DNA of 64,000 bases from Planctomycetota bacterium (GTDB lineage Bacteria > Planctomycetota > GCA-002687715 > CAIWVZ01), in assembly GCA_044222185.1 (NCBI GenBank), contig JBGANV010000001.1, positions 1,312,001 to 1,376,000 on the forward strand, written 5' to 3'. Position numbers and translations under genes: made by a program. The notes beneath the pieces were generated by a model, which had not been told where the DNA came from, did no database searches, and saw only the letters and a list, made by a program, of their open reading frames with translations. Shown piece by piece: positions 17,840 through 28,090 of this stretch (positions are counted from its first letter, which is position 1; each line of letters opens with the position of its first letter).

Positions 17840-19726
17840 TCAGCGCTGCGTGACGAGCTTCGACGCCGTCGACCGCAGGCCGTCGGCCAGTTCCTTCAAG
17901 CCGTCGCCAGCCTTCAGGATCAGCGTCGCCGCCTCCGTCGTGTTGCGAGCGGCATCGACGACGCCGTTGGCGCTCTGCGCGATGTCGTCGAGGCTCCGCG
18001 CGGCCTCGCCCATGTTGCGGTTCATCTCGGAGGTCGTCGCCGACTGCTCTTCGACGGCGCTCGCGATCGAGCTCGACACCTCGCTGACCTGGTTGATCAC
18101 CGAGCGGATCTCGTTGATGGCCGCCGTCGCCGATTCGGTCGCCTGTTGGATGGCCTCGACCTGGCGCGTGATGTCACCCGTCGCATTCGACGTCGCACCC
18201 GCAAGCTGCTTGACCTCGTTCGCGACGACCGCGAAGCCCTTGCCGGCATCGCCGGCGCGCGCCGCCTCGATCGTGGCGTTGAGTGCGAGCAGGTTCGTCT
18301 GCGAAGCGATCGTGTGAATGACCTTCACGACCTTGCCGATCTCAGACCCGGCCTTGCCGAGTGCATCGAAGGTCGACCCGGCCGACTCCACGAGGCGCAT
18401 GGCGTTCGACGCGATGGACGCGGCATCGGTGGCGCTCTTGGCCAGGCTGTGCACGGACGTGCTCAATTCGCGCGCGGCCTGCGCCACGGTGTTCACGTTC
18501 TGGGCCACGCGAACGCTGGCAGACGCGGCGGCGTCGGCCCGCGTGCTGGTCTCGTCCGCACGGCTCCGCAGGTCGCGGCCGATGCCCGCGAGCGACGTCG
18601 CCGACGGCATCAGGTTGTTCGCCGAGGTGGCGATCTGCGACAGCGAACGACGGACCGACATCAGAAGCTGGCCGAGAGCCTCGCCGACTGGTGCCAGGAC
18701 ATCCTCCGGAAGCTTGGGAACCTCGCGGCTGAAGTCGCCCTGCGACGCAGCCTTGATGATCTCGAGGAGCGACTGCGCGGCCTGGGCCACACGACGCGCC
18801 TGAGCGCCCTCGCGCGCCTGGGCGTCGCCAGCTGCGGCCGTGGCGGTTGCCGCGGCGGCCTCGGCGGCAGCCGTTGCGGCCTCGGCGGCGGCGACCGCGG
18901 CGACGTGATCGTCGTTCACGGCCTGGATGACCGGTGCTGCCGCAACGACGGCGGATGCCTTGGCGGCGATCCGCATCGCGGTGACGGCCCCTTGGAACGT
19001 GCCGTCTTCCGCGGCGACCGGGCTGATCTCCACGTGGAGGGCCTCGTTCCCGACGTCGATCACCTCGTTGAACGGCAGGCGCGATTCGTCGTCCGCCATG
19101 CGGGCGGCCTTGCTCCCACCGGGGAACACGTCACCCACCTGGCGCCCCGTGAACTCGCGGGCCCGCGTCGGCAGATGGTCGGCGATGCGGCTGAGAAGCG
19201 ATCGGGCCGCCGGGTTGACGTACGAAACGACGCCGCGCTCGTCGGATAGGACGAGGGCGACGGAAGTGCACTCGGAGAGGGCGATCATCCGCGCGCTGAG
19301 GTTGCGACTCTCCGTGAGCTGCGACCAATCGAGCTCGTCGGCTCCCATGGCGCGCTGAAGCCCGACGATGGCGGCGTTCGCCGATTGCGCGATGTCACCC
19401 AACTCGTCACCGCCGTCGATCGCCGCGCGCGCCGTCATGTCTCCGCGCTGGAGTGCGTCCATGACGCCACGCAGCTCGCGGAGCCGCTTGACGATCTCGT
19501 TCTGGGCGACGAACGCCACGGCAGCGATGGCGAGCACGATGCACCCGGCAACCGTCCACAGGACACCGGACATGACGCCCGACGCCTCGCTCGCAGCCGC
19601 CGGATCCATGCGCCCGACGGCACGCTCCCCGAGCCACCAGCATCCGCCAACGGCAAGTGCCCCCGCCACGACGAGCGGAGCCACGACCCTGGCAGTGATC
19701 CCAAACCGTTTACGAGGTGCGGACAT
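17840..19726 (-). CDS. Methyl-accepting chemotaxis protein (2 TM, HAMP, PAS-like, signalling domain)
   Basis: [37 protein letters not shown]; DELGDIA HAMP; YVNPAA PAS-like motif. Confidence 0.93.
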   Translation of the reverse strand: MSAPRKRFGITARVVAPLVVAGALAVGGCWWLGERAVGRMDPAAASEASGVMSGVLWTVAGCIVLAIAAVAFVAQNEIVKRLRELRGVMDALQRGDMTARAAIDGGDELGDIAQSANAAIVGLQRAMGADELDWSQLTESRNLSARMIALSECTSVALVLSDERGVVSYVNPAARSLLSRIADHLPTRAREFTGRQVGDVFPGGSKAARMADDESRLPFNEVIDVGNEALHVEISPVAAEDGTFQGAVTAMRIAAKASAVVAAAPVIQAVNDDHVAAVAAAEAATAAAEAAAATATAAAGDAQAREGAQARRVAQAAQSLLEIIKAASQGDFSREVPKLPEDVLAPVGEALGQLLMSVRRSLSQIATSANNLMPSATSLAGIGRDLRSRADETSTRADAAASASVRVAQNVNTVAQAARELSTSVHSLAKSATDAASIASNAMRLVESAGSTFDALGKAGSEIGKVVKVIHTIASQTNLLALNATIEAARAGDAGKGFAVVANEVKQLAGATSNATGDITRQVEAIQQATESATAAINEIRSVINQVSEVSSSIASAVEEQSATTSEMNRNMGEAARSLDDIAQSANGVVDAARNTTEAATLILKAGDGLKELADGLRSTASKLVTQR

Positions 19727-19942
19727 GAACCGACAACTCCTCTCGACGCCCAGCCCTTGCCGCAGCATTCGACCGCGATGCGACCCGCGCGCCCCGGCGA
19801 CGTGGTCGCGGGATGGCGGGCCATCCGGGATCCCTCCTGCGGCGCCCGCTGTTGGATCGACGCGGGCGGTGATGCGGCTTAAGACCGGCGAACGAAGTCG
19901 AAGTCGTTCACGCGCGCCGGGAAGCGACGCGCTCGCGCGGCT

Positions 19943-21271
19943 TCATTCAGGAGTGCCGAGCATGGGCATGAGAAGCGACTTCTTCTCCGCAAGTCGTGCC
20001 GGTGTGTCGGCCTCGAGGTTCAGGCGAAGCAACGGCTCGGTGTTGCTCTTGCGGACATTGAACCACCAGTTCGGGTAACCGACGGTGACTCCGTCGAGTT
20101 CGTCGACCTGGCCGTCCTTGAACGTCTGCTTCAGCTGCGCGATGACACGGTCCTTGTCCTCGACGTGGAAGTTGATCTCCCCCGTGGATACGTAGCGCCG
20201 CGTCGGTTTGATGAGCGAGGACAGCTTCCCACCCGACCGCGAGAGGATCGACAGCAGCATCACCATGGCGATCTCGCCCGAGTCGGAATAGTAGTTGTCG
20301 CGGAAGTAGTAGTGGCCGGACAGCTCGCCGCCGAGGGCTGCCGTCTCCTTGCGCATCGTCGCCTTGATGAACGAGTGGCCGACGCGCTCGCGGATCGGGA
20401 CGCCGCCCAACTCCTTGATGATGTCGGGCACGGCGCGGCTCGAGCGGAGGTCGTAGACGATCCGCGCGCCCTTCTCCCGCGGGAGGAGGTCCTGGGCGAA
20501 GAGCGTCGTCACGGCGTCCGACGGACACGGCGTGCCCGTCTCGTCGATGAACACGCAGCGGTCCGCATCTCCGTCGAACGCGATGCCGACGTCGGCCTTC
20601 GTCGCACGCACGCGATCGACGAGCGTCTGGATGTTCTCCGCCTTCACGGGGTTCGCTTCGTGGTTCGGGAACCGTCCGTCGAGGTCGAAGTACAGGCACT
20701 CGGCCTCGAGCGGAAGCCGGGCGAGGATGCGCGGGACGGTGTGCCCGCCCATGCCGTTTCCAGCATCGATCACGACCTTGAGCTTCTTGATGGCAGGGCC
20801 GAACTCGAGGACGTGCGCAGCGAACGCGTCGAGCAGGTCCACGTCCTTCACGGGGGCTGGAGCCGCCGTCGGGACCTGGAGCCCGCCCAGGATGAGCCGC
20901 TCCATCTCCTTGATGCCCGTGTCGGCCGACACGGGGACGCAGCCCTTGCGGCAGAATTTGAATCCGATGTAGGGGCCCGGGTTGTGCGACGCCGTGACCT
21001 GCGCGCCGCCATCCGAACCCAGATGACCGATTCCGAAGTACGCCATGGGCGTCGACGCAAGCCCGATGCGGGTGACCGCGGCCCCGGACCTGGCTGCGCC
21101 GTCGATGAAAGCATCGGCGATCCTGGGCGCGCTCTCACGCATGTCACGTCCGACGACGAGGGACTTCGCCCCGGTGACCGTGACGAATGCCGCGCCGATC
21201 TTCCGCGCGAGCGCTTCATCCAACTCCGACCCGTACAGCCCGCGAACGTCGTACGCCTTGAACACGCTCAT
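19943..21271 (-). CDS. Phosphomannomutase/phosphoglucomutase
   Basis: FKAYDVRG, TASHNP, FDGDADR, GELSGHYYF, SNTEPLLRLN. Confidence 0.95.
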   Translation of the reverse strand: MSVFKAYDVRGLYGSELDEALARKIGAAFVTVTGAKSLVVGRDMRESAPRIADAFIDGAARSGAAVTRIGLASTPMAYFGIGHLGSDGGAQVTASHNPGPYIGFKFCRKGCVPVSADTGIKEMERLILGGLQVPTAAPAPVKDVDLLDAFAAHVLEFGPAIKKLKVVIDAGNGMGGHTVPRILARLPLEAECLYFDLDGRFPNHEANPVKAENIQTLVDRVRATKADVGIAFDGDADRCVFIDETGTPCPSDAVTTLFAQDLLPREKGARIVYDLRSSRAVPDIIKELGGVPIRERVGHSFIKATMRKETAALGGELSGHYYFRDNYYSDSGEIAMVMLLSILSRSGGKLSSLIKPTRRYVSTGEINFHVEDKDRVIAQLKQTFKDGQVDELDGVTVGYPNWWFNVRKSNTEPLLRLNLEADTPARLAEKKSLLMPMLGTPE

Positions 21272-22308
21272 CGTTGATCCGTCCTCTTGATTGCGAGTCC
21301 GAGGGCGTCGAGCGCCCGTTGGACGTCGTCATCGCCCACGTCGCGATGCATGACGAAGCGGACGCGTCCGGCGCCGAAGCCCACGGCGAGGACGCCACGC
21401 TCCTTCAGGTCTGCGAGAATCCGGGGAATGGGTGCCGTCGCGATGGAAATCACGACGATGTTCGTTTCGGGCTCGACGACCGTCGTACCCGGGAGCGACC
21501 TCACGGCGGCAGCAAATCGCCGCGCCCTCGCGTGGTCAGCCGCGAGGTCCGGTGGCGAATCCAGAGCGAGGAGGCCGGCGGCGGCGAGGATGCCCGACTG
21601 ACGCATCCCGCCTCCGAGTAGCTTGCGTGCGCGGCGTGCCGCCTTGATGAACTCGCGCGTCCCCCCGAGCACCGTGCCTACGGGCGCACCCAGCGCCTTC
21701 GACAAGCAGAGCGTCACGGTGTCCGCCGACCGTGCCAGGTCGGCGATCGAACAGCCGAGTGCGACCGCGGCGTTCGCGAGGCGTGCGCCGTCCAGATGCA
21801 GGGCGAGGTCGTTGGCCCGCGCCATGGCGGCGACGGACTGGACGTACTCCCGCGACAGGACGCATCCGCCTCCCCAGTTGAACGAGTTCTCGAGGACCAC
21901 GAGTCGTGTCCGCGGGAAATGTGGATCGTCGGCCCGGATCTCCGCGGTGAGAACCTCGACGGGCACCTCGCCGCGAGCACCTGACAGCGGTCGTGCCTGG
22001 ACACCGTGCAAGGCCGCGAGCCCGCCCTGCTCGAAGCGATAGACGTGGGCGCCCTCGTGCAGCATCACTTCGTCGCCCGGTCGCGTGTGGCAGCGAACGG
22101 CAATCTGGTTCGCCATGGTGCCCGACGCGCAGAACAACGCGGCATCCTTGCCGAGGATCTCGGCGGCTCGCATCTCGAGACGTTGAACCGTCGGGTCGTC
22201 GCCGAAGACGTCGTCCCCGACGTCGGCCTCCGCCATGGCTCGCCGCATGGCGTCCGTGGGGCGCGTGACCGTATCGCTGCGGAAATCGGAGACGCGCGAG
22301 GTCGCCAT
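21268..22308 (-). CDS. ltaE: Low-specificity L-threonine aldolase
   Basis: DFRSDTVTRPT, GDDVFGDDPTV, SGTMANQ, HLDGARL, CLSKALGAPVG, GGGMRQSG. Confidence 0.93.
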   Translation of the reverse strand: MATSRVSDFRSDTVTRPTDAMRRAMAEADVGDDVFGDDPTVQRLEMRAAEILGKDAALFCASGTMANQIAVRCHTRPGDEVMLHEGAHVYRFEQGGLAALHGVQARPLSGARGEVPVEVLTAEIRADDPHFPRTRLVVLENSFNWGGGCVLSREYVQSVAAMARANDLALHLDGARLANAAVALGCSIADLARSADTVTLCLSKALGAPVGTVLGGTREFIKAARRARKLLGGGMRQSGILAAAGLLALDSPPDLAADHARARRFAAAVRSLPGTTVVEPETNIVVISIATAPIPRILADLKERGVLAVGFGAGRVRFVMHRDVGDDDVQRALDALGLAIKRTDQR

Positions 22309-22313
22309 GGAGA

Positions 22314-23489
22314 TTACTTGCGGACGGCGCTCACCGCCGCCGCGATCCGCCTCACGCCCTCGTCGATCACGTCGAACGACGTCGCATAGGAGAGTCGCAG
22401 GTGGCCCTCGCCGAACTTCCCGAACGCGGTTCCGGAGAGGCACGCGACGCCGTGCTCCGTCAGCAGGTAGTCCGCGAACTTCTGGCTGGACATCCCCGTG
22501 CCAGTGATGTTCGGAAACACGTAGAACGCGCCCTTCGGCGTGCGGCACGAGATCCCGGGGATGGCGTTCAGCCCTGCGACGACCCGATCGCGTCGTTCGC
22601 GGAAGACGGCCACCATCTTGTCCACCGAGTCCTGTGGACCGCGCAACGCTTCGACGGCAGCGAGCTGCGAGAACGACGCCGTGCAGGATGCGCTGTTGAT
22701 CTGGAGCTTGGTCATCCGCTGGATGACTTCCTTCGGGCCGACGCCATATCCGAGGCGCCAACCGGTCATCGCGTACGCCTTGCTGAATCCGTCGAGGATC
22801 ACCGTGCGCTCGCGCATGCCGGGGAACGTCGCGATCGACACGAGCTCGCCGTCGTAGATGATCCGGCCGTAGATCTCGTCCGAAAGCACGATGAACCGGT
22901 GGTCGCGCGCGACCGCCGCGATGTCCTCGAGGACGTGGCGCGGAACGACGCCACCCGTCGGATTGCTCGGCGTATTCACGATCACGAGCTTCGTCTTCGG
23001 GGTCACGAGCTTCTTGAACGCGGCACCGTCGAACGAGAAGTCGTTGGCCTCGAGGATCGGGCACGGGACCGGCGTCCCCCCGCAGAACGTGATCATCGAT
23101 TCGTAGATCGGGAAGCCTGGGTTCGGGTAGATGACCTCGTCCCCTTGATCGATGAGCGCCAGCATCAAATAGAACATGATCGGCTTCGCGCCCGGGCAGA
23201 CGAGGACCTCGTCTGGCGATGGGCGGAAGCCTCGCGTTCGCGCGATCTCGTCGGCGATGGCCTCGCGCAGCGGCGGGAGTCCGGCAGCGGGACCGTAGTG
23301 GGTCCAGCCGGAGCTCATGGCCTTCACACCCGCCAGCACGACGTTCGACGGGGTGTCGAAGTCCGGCTCGCCGATCTCGAGGTGCACGACGCTCTTGCCC
23401 TGCGCTTCGAGCGCCCTCGCTCGATTGAGCACCTCGAAGGCCGACTCGGTCCCGAGCCGGCCCATCCGCTGCGCGAATCCATACTCCAT
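22314..23489 (-). CDS. PLP-dependent class I/II (aspartate-type) aminotransferase
   Basis: GEPDFDTP, NTPSNPTG, SDEIY, GFSKAYAMTGWRLGY, GAFYVF. Confidence 0.93.
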   Translation of the reverse strand: MEYGFAQRMGRLGTESAFEVLNRARALEAQGKSVVHLEIGEPDFDTPSNVVLAGVKAMSSGWTHYGPAAGLPPLREAIADEIARTRGFRPSPDEVLVCPGAKPIMFYLMLALIDQGDEVIYPNPGFPIYESMITFCGGTPVPCPILEANDFSFDGAAFKKLVTPKTKLVIVNTPSNPTGGVVPRHVLEDIAAVARDHRFIVLSDEIYGRIIYDGELVSIATFPGMRERTVILDGFSKAYAMTGWRLGYGVGPKEVIQRMTKLQINSASCTASFSQLAAVEALRGPQDSVDKMVAVFRERRDRVVAGLNAIPGISCRTPKGAFYVFPNITGTGMSSQKFADYLLTEHGVACLSGTAFGKFGEGHLRLSYATSFDVIDEGVRRIAAAVSAVRK

Positions 23490-23711
23490 GATCACTCCGT
23501 GCCAGAGCGGATGAGACGCACCTCGGCCGCGCGGCGCGAGATGGTAGGTCGCACCCCACGCCACCGTCAACGGCGGCCGGCCGACGTTCGCAACGTGCAG
23601 TGAGAGAAGGGTGAAGCGTCGAACTCGCGCCCCGTTTCCCCCGGCTCGGATCAAGCCCGCCGATGACCGAGTACGCACCGTGCGACCTCCGCGTTCGCAC
23701 ATCGTCGCACT

Positions 23712-23726
23712 TGAGACTCATTCGCA
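23712..23726. promoter_or_regulatory. Fur-box-like 7-1-7 imperfect palindrome upstream of the porin gene
   Basis: TGAGACT-C-ATTCGCA versus consensus TGATAAT-N-ATTATCA, within an AT-rich patch ~35 bp before the start codon. Confidence 0.45.
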
Positions 23727-23759
23727 TCAAACTAAAGTGGACCCGTGCAGAGGACCCAC

Positions 23760-25178
23760 ATGAAATCACAGCAACTCACCCCTAACCAATTTTGCTCCAT
23801 GAGGTTGTGCGCCGCGCTCCTGACGACGCTCCTGTCCGCGTCCGTCGCCGCTCAGGATTCTCGCCCCGACGTCGCGGGCCTGGCCGCTCGGCTCGACGCA
23901 CTCCAGCGAGAAGTCGCCGAACGCGCGGCCCACGAAAGACAGCTCGAGGAGCGGGTCGCCGACCTGCAGCGCGCGGTCGCGGCGAAGCCGGCGATCGATC
24001 CGGCCCGCCTCGAGGCACTGGAGGACATGGCGTCGGGCCGCATCCAAGCGGTCGACGAGGCCGTCGCGCGCATCGAGCACCTCGGGAACCTCGACCGCGA
24101 CACCTCGGCGCTCTCCGTCGGCGGCTACTTCGACTTCGAGTTCCGCGACGACCACGCGGAGGAGCACGACACCTTCGACCAGCACCGCTTCATCCTGAAA
24201 TTCGACGCGGACGTCCTCGACGACACGATCACCTTCAAATCCGAGGTGGAGATCGAAGGCGGGGGCACCGCCGACTACCTCTCCGATTCCGAGGTGGCCG
24301 TGGAATTCGCCGAGCTCCACTTCCACTTCGACCGCGCGCTGAACCTGAAGGTCGGTGCGCTGCTGGTGCCGTTCGGGCGACTGAACTATCGCCACGACTC
24401 GTTCCTCCAGGAGCTGACGGACCGTCCCCTCGTCGACACGTTCATCGTCCCGACGACGTGGACCGAGTCCGGGGCCGGGCTCTACGGTGCCGTCGACGCG
24501 GGTGGCGTGGTGTTCGACTACGACGTCCTCGTCTCGAACGGGCTGGACCAGGACTTCGACGCGACGGCCGGCGGAGGTTTCCGCGACGCGCGCGGTTCGT
24601 TTCGCGAAGACAACAACGACGGCAAGATGCTGACCGGCCGCATCGGGATCACACCGGAGGTGGGATTCCTGGATGCGCTGAACGTCGGCGTTTCGGGCGC
24701 CACGGGGAACTACGACGATCGGAACCAGCACCGGCTGACGCTCTGGGGCGTGGACCTCACGGCGCGCCGCGGCCCGTTCGAGCTGCTCTTCGAGTACACG
24801 TCGGCCAATCTCGAGCGCGACGCGGCGCTCACCGCGGCGGGCGTTCCCGGCGGGGCGTCGGGCCTCTACGCGCAGCTCGGGTTCCGATTCTTCCCCGAGT
24901 CGTGGCGCGGTACCGCACCGTTCTTCACGCAGTCATCCACGTTCACTCTCGTGTTCCGGTACGACACCGTCGATACGGACGACTCCGGCCGCGCCATCGA
25001 CCGCATCGCTCGCGGCGACGGGTTCCGTGACGACGTTCAGCGGTTCACGTTCGGAGTGAATTTCCGTCCCATCGAGAAGACCGTGGTGAAGGTCGAGTAC
25101 CAGTGGTTCGCGGAGCCCAGTGGCATCGACGACGCCGACAACGACCGGATCGTCATCTCCTTCGCGACGGCGTTCTGA
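23760..25178 (+). CDS. Outer-membrane beta-barrel porin with N-terminal coiled coil
   Basis: Signal peptide, coiled coil, GGYFDFEF...FKSEVEIE...VEFAEL...KVGALLVPFG..N, C-terminal Phe (ISFATAF); start may be 23799. Confidence 0.8.
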   Translation: MKSQQLTPNQFCSMRLCAALLTTLLSASVAAQDSRPDVAGLAARLDALQREVAERAAHERQLEERVADLQRAVAAKPAIDPARLEALEDMASGRIQAVDEAVARIEHLGNLDRDTSALSVGGYFDFEFRDDHAEEHDTFDQHRFILKFDADVLDDTITFKSEVEIEGGGTADYLSDSEVAVEFAELHFHFDRALNLKVGALLVPFGRLNYRHDSFLQELTDRPLVDTFIVPTTWTESGAGLYGAVDAGGVVFDYDVLVSNGLDQDFDATAGGGFRDARGSFREDNNDGKMLTGRIGITPEVGFLDALNVGVSGATGNYDDRNQHRLTLWGVDLTARRGPFELLFEYTSANLERDAALTAAGVPGGASGLYAQLGFRFFPESWRGTAPFFTQSSTFTLVFRYDTVDTDDSGRAIDRIARGDGFRDDVQRFTFGVNFRPIEKTVVKVEYQWFAEPSGIDDADNDRIVISFATAF

Positions 25179-25191
25179 GAGGGGTCCCACG

Positions 25192-25539
25192 ATGATTCGA
25201 ACCGGATTCGTTCGTGCGATCACGGGCCCCGTGATCGCAATCGCGATCGCGGCCGCCGGCTGCGGCACGACGGATGGTGGGCGTCCGCGCGAGGGGTCCG
25301 CTCCCCTGGAGACCGAGGCAAATCCCGTCGGAGGTCTTTCCGACGCCGACGTCGGGATGGGCCGGAGTCTCTTCGAGCGCTCGTGTGACACCTGCCATGC
25401 ACTGCCGAGCCCGTCGGTGCACACGGACGACGAATGGGTTCGCGTCGTGAAGACCATGGGCCGTGACGCGCGAATCACCGCGGCGGACCAGCGGGAGATC
25501 CTCCGGTTCCTCCAGGCCGCGAACGGATCCGCGCGGTAG
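25192..25539 (+). CDS. Monoheme cytochrome c lipoprotein
   Basis: Lipobox AAGC; CDTCH; downstream Met (VVKTM) as candidate axial ligand. Confidence 0.8.
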   Translation: MIRTGFVRAITGPVIAIAIAAAGCGTTDGGRPREGSAPLETEANPVGGLSDADVGMGRSLFERSCDTCHALPSPSVHTDDEWVRVVKTMGRDARITAADQREILRFLQAANGSAR

Positions 25540-25555
25540 GCGATGCCGCGTCGCG

Positions 25556-26917
25556 TCACTTGCCCTGTGTGAGCGCCTTCCGATACTCCGCCTCGGCGGC
25601 GCGGCGCTCGCCTTCCGGGAGATCGGGGTCCTGGATGACGATGCGCCCGGACATGGCGTTCAGCGCGTCGATCGCTTCCGTCCGCGCGATGACGGACGCG
25701 TCGAAGAGATACCTGGCTGCCATGTCGAAGTCCGCGGACGAGCGCGTCAGCCACACGCGTGCGAGGTCGACGGCTCGCGCGACCTCGGGCTCCTTGCGTG
25801 CTCGTAGTGCGTCGAGCGACGGGGCGTCGGCAGGCGAACCATTCCTCGCCAGGCCGCGGACGGCCGCGATGACGACGGATGCGTCGCCATCAGCCAGGCA
25901 CGACTTCAACGCCGGCACCAGGTCGCCGCCCAGTTCGCCAGCAGCGATGGCGGCACGGGAGCGCACGGCCGCATTCGGGTCGGCGATCAACGACCGAACC
26001 AGTCCGCGGGACTCCGGCGTCGCGATCTGCCCCAGAACCTGGGCCAGGCCGCCGCGCCATGTCGGGTTGTCCGGCGATCGCGACTTTTCGAGGCCCTCCA
26101 CGACGAAGGGCACGGCCGCGGGCCCGAGCCGCTGGAGCATCTTTCGCCCCTGCTCCATGAAGAGGAACTGGAACTCCCCGACGAGCTCGACGTGCCGGCG
26201 GATGCGGCGGTCCGTCTGCGCGTCCTGTCCGATCGCATAGGGCGCACCCTCGCCGTTGAGCTTCTTGCCCGACGCCTTGAAGGTCTCCCACCAGGCGCGC
26301 CACCGTTCGACCGCCTCGGCTCGACGCGTCAGACCGACATCCGAGTCGAAGCCGAAGTCCTGGCCGCTGGCCTCCTTCAGGAAGCGGTTCGCGTGTTCGT
26401 TCACGTAGGCCTTCTTGTCGAGGGCCGCGATGAGCGTGGGGATCCCGGCCCGGCTGCCGAGCTTCAGCAGGGCGTGAGCCGCGTGGACGGAGACGAGTGA
26501 CTCACGATCGTCGAGGGCGAGCAGGAGATCGGGCAACGCCAACGTCGTCCCGCACTTCTCCAAGGCCATCACGGCCGTCGCTCGCTGGTTCGCACGGGTG
26601 TCCGCTCCGGAGAACTTGTTCTCCTCGACGCGGTAGCCGAGCTTGGCCTGCGGGTCGTCGAACAGAAGGAACGCCGTCTGACTGACGTCCTTCATCGTGT
26701 AGATCAAACCGCGAACGACGTCGGCGTCGCCGGGCCGCGCGTTCGCGAGCATGCGGCGGCAACGCTCGTACTGGTCGACCGAGGGATCGAGGAATGGCGC
26801 GGCGACTTCCGGCTCGGGCTTGACCGCAGGGAAGACCGGACGGTCGGGGCCGTGGGTCTTCGGTCCACAGCCCAAGAGGCCGACGAGCCCCAGCGTGACG
26901 ATCGTGGCGCGTTTCAT
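25556..26917 (-). CDS. HEAT-repeat lipoprotein
   Basis: Lipobox LLGC; repeated L.D....VR..A..AL units. Confidence 0.8.
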   Translation of the reverse strand: MKRATIVTLGLVGLLGCGPKTHGPDRPVFPAVKPEPEVAAPFLDPSVDQYERCRRMLANARPGDADVVRGLIYTMKDVSQTAFLLFDDPQAKLGYRVEENKFSGADTRANQRATAVMALEKCGTTLALPDLLLALDDRESLVSVHAAHALLKLGSRAGIPTLIAALDKKAYVNEHANRFLKEASGQDFGFDSDVGLTRRAEAVERWRAWWETFKASGKKLNGEGAPYAIGQDAQTDRRIRRHVELVGEFQFLFMEQGRKMLQRLGPAAVPFVVEGLEKSRSPDNPTWRGGLAQVLGQIATPESRGLVRSLIADPNAAVRSRAAIAAGELGGDLVPALKSCLADGDASVVIAAVRGLARNGSPADAPSLDALRARKEPEVARAVDLARVWLTRSSADFDMAARYLFDASVIARTEAIDALNAMSGRIVIQDPDLPEGERRAAEAEYRKALTQGK

Positions 26918-26923
26918 CGGATC

Positions 26924-28090
26924 TCACTTCAGGTCGAAGGACTGTTCGAAGAGCAGCACGCTTTCGGAATCCGGCTGGAACGGCTGCCGGCGATAGTAGA
27001 CGCGTACCGTCGCGCGGCGCAGTTCCTTGGGGATGCGCACCCGGTACCTGCGGGCCTCCCCTGCCGGGATCTGGGTGTTCTCGGGGTAGAACACGGGTCG
27101 CGTCGGATTGAACGCCGCGGGCACGCGCTCGGCTTCGACGTCGAGCGTCCCGATGGAACCGACGTCGACTCCGTAGGATCGCTTCGCCCCCGGCTCACGA
27201 AGCGGATTCTTGAGGTGGAAGTCGTCGCGGTACGGATTGCGGAAGCGGTCGATGCGGCCGTTCGCGAGGGTTCCGTCGCCGGACTCGCCCCAGAACTCGA
27301 GATCCACGGCTCGGTGGCGCTCGTCCGACGGAAAGTTGTGGCCCGTTCCGTCGTTCAGGACCTCGATCGAGATCTCTCGCGGTCCGACGAGCTTCACGTC
27401 GTATCGCGCGGCCTTCTTGAGCGTCGCGACGTCGTGGCCCGCAGGGAACAGGTGGGATCGGCCCTTGTAGGCCGGGCGATCGCCGTTCGCGGGACGATCC
27501 ACGTCGGGCATGTGACAGCCCTTGCAGTCCTTGAAACCGGGGCCGGGAACCGCGAATGCCGTCTGCTTCCAATCCTGGATGACCTTGTGCTGGTCATGGC
27601 ACGGCGAGCAGAGACCGAGTTCGGTGATCCCGGCGTACGGCATCGGGTTGCACGGTGCCGTCGAGGCCCCCGAGAGGTGGGTTCCCCCGATGATCGCGGT
27701 CTTGTGCTGATGGCACGTGAAACAATCGACGCCCTCTTCCAGCCTGGTCGCCCGCTCGAGGACGCGGTTTCCGAGCCCCGTCTCGAACACCGGTCGCGAC
27801 GCGTGACACGGCAGGCAGTCGCGGTCGCGAAAGTTCTTCGAGAGCCGCTGGACCTCGGGATTCACGTACGCGATCGCGTGGTGCGATCCCGACCACTCCT
27901 CGAAGACCTGCGCGTGACACGAACGACAGTCGGAGCTGCTCGTGAGCGTCAGGGGTCGCGTGCTCTCGGGCGGCGGCGGCAGCCCGGTGTTCACGGGCTC
28001 GGGGATGGTCACGGGCCCCGTGAGCCACCAGATGCCCGCGCCGCACGTGCCCAGGAGCACCACCGCGGCAAGCCATCGTCTTGAAGTCAC
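26924..28090 (-). CDS. Membrane-anchored pentaheme c-type cytochrome with C-terminal beta domain
   Basis: CRSCH, CLPCH, CFTCH, CSPCH, CKGCH; N-terminal TM/signal; GTGA overlap with the ABC ATPase stop. Confidence 0.88.
   Translation of the reverse strand: MTSRRWLAAVVLLGTCGAGIWWLTGPVTIPEPVNTGLPPPPESTRPLTLTSSSDCRSCHAQVFEEWSGSHHAIAYVNPEVQRLSKNFRDRDCLPCHASRPVFETGLGNRVLERATRLEEGVDCFTCHQHKTAIIGGTHLSGASTAPCNPMPYAGITELGLCSPCHDQHKVIQDWKQTAFAVPGPGFKDCKGCHMPDVDRPANGDRPAYKGRSHLFPAGHDVATLKKAARYDVKLVGPREISIEVLNDGTGHNFPSDERHRAVDLEFWGESGDGTLANGRIDRFRNPYRDDFHLKNPLREPGAKRSYGVDVGSIGTLDVEAERVPAAFNPTRPVFYPENTQIPAGEARRYRVRIPKELRRATVRVYYRRQPFQPDSESVLLFEQSFDLK

Noticed and set aside
21268-23769. 833-aa ORF suggesting a fused threonine aldolase
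   Set aside because: The upstream part is an alternative frame of the aminotransferase; the aldolase starts at 22308
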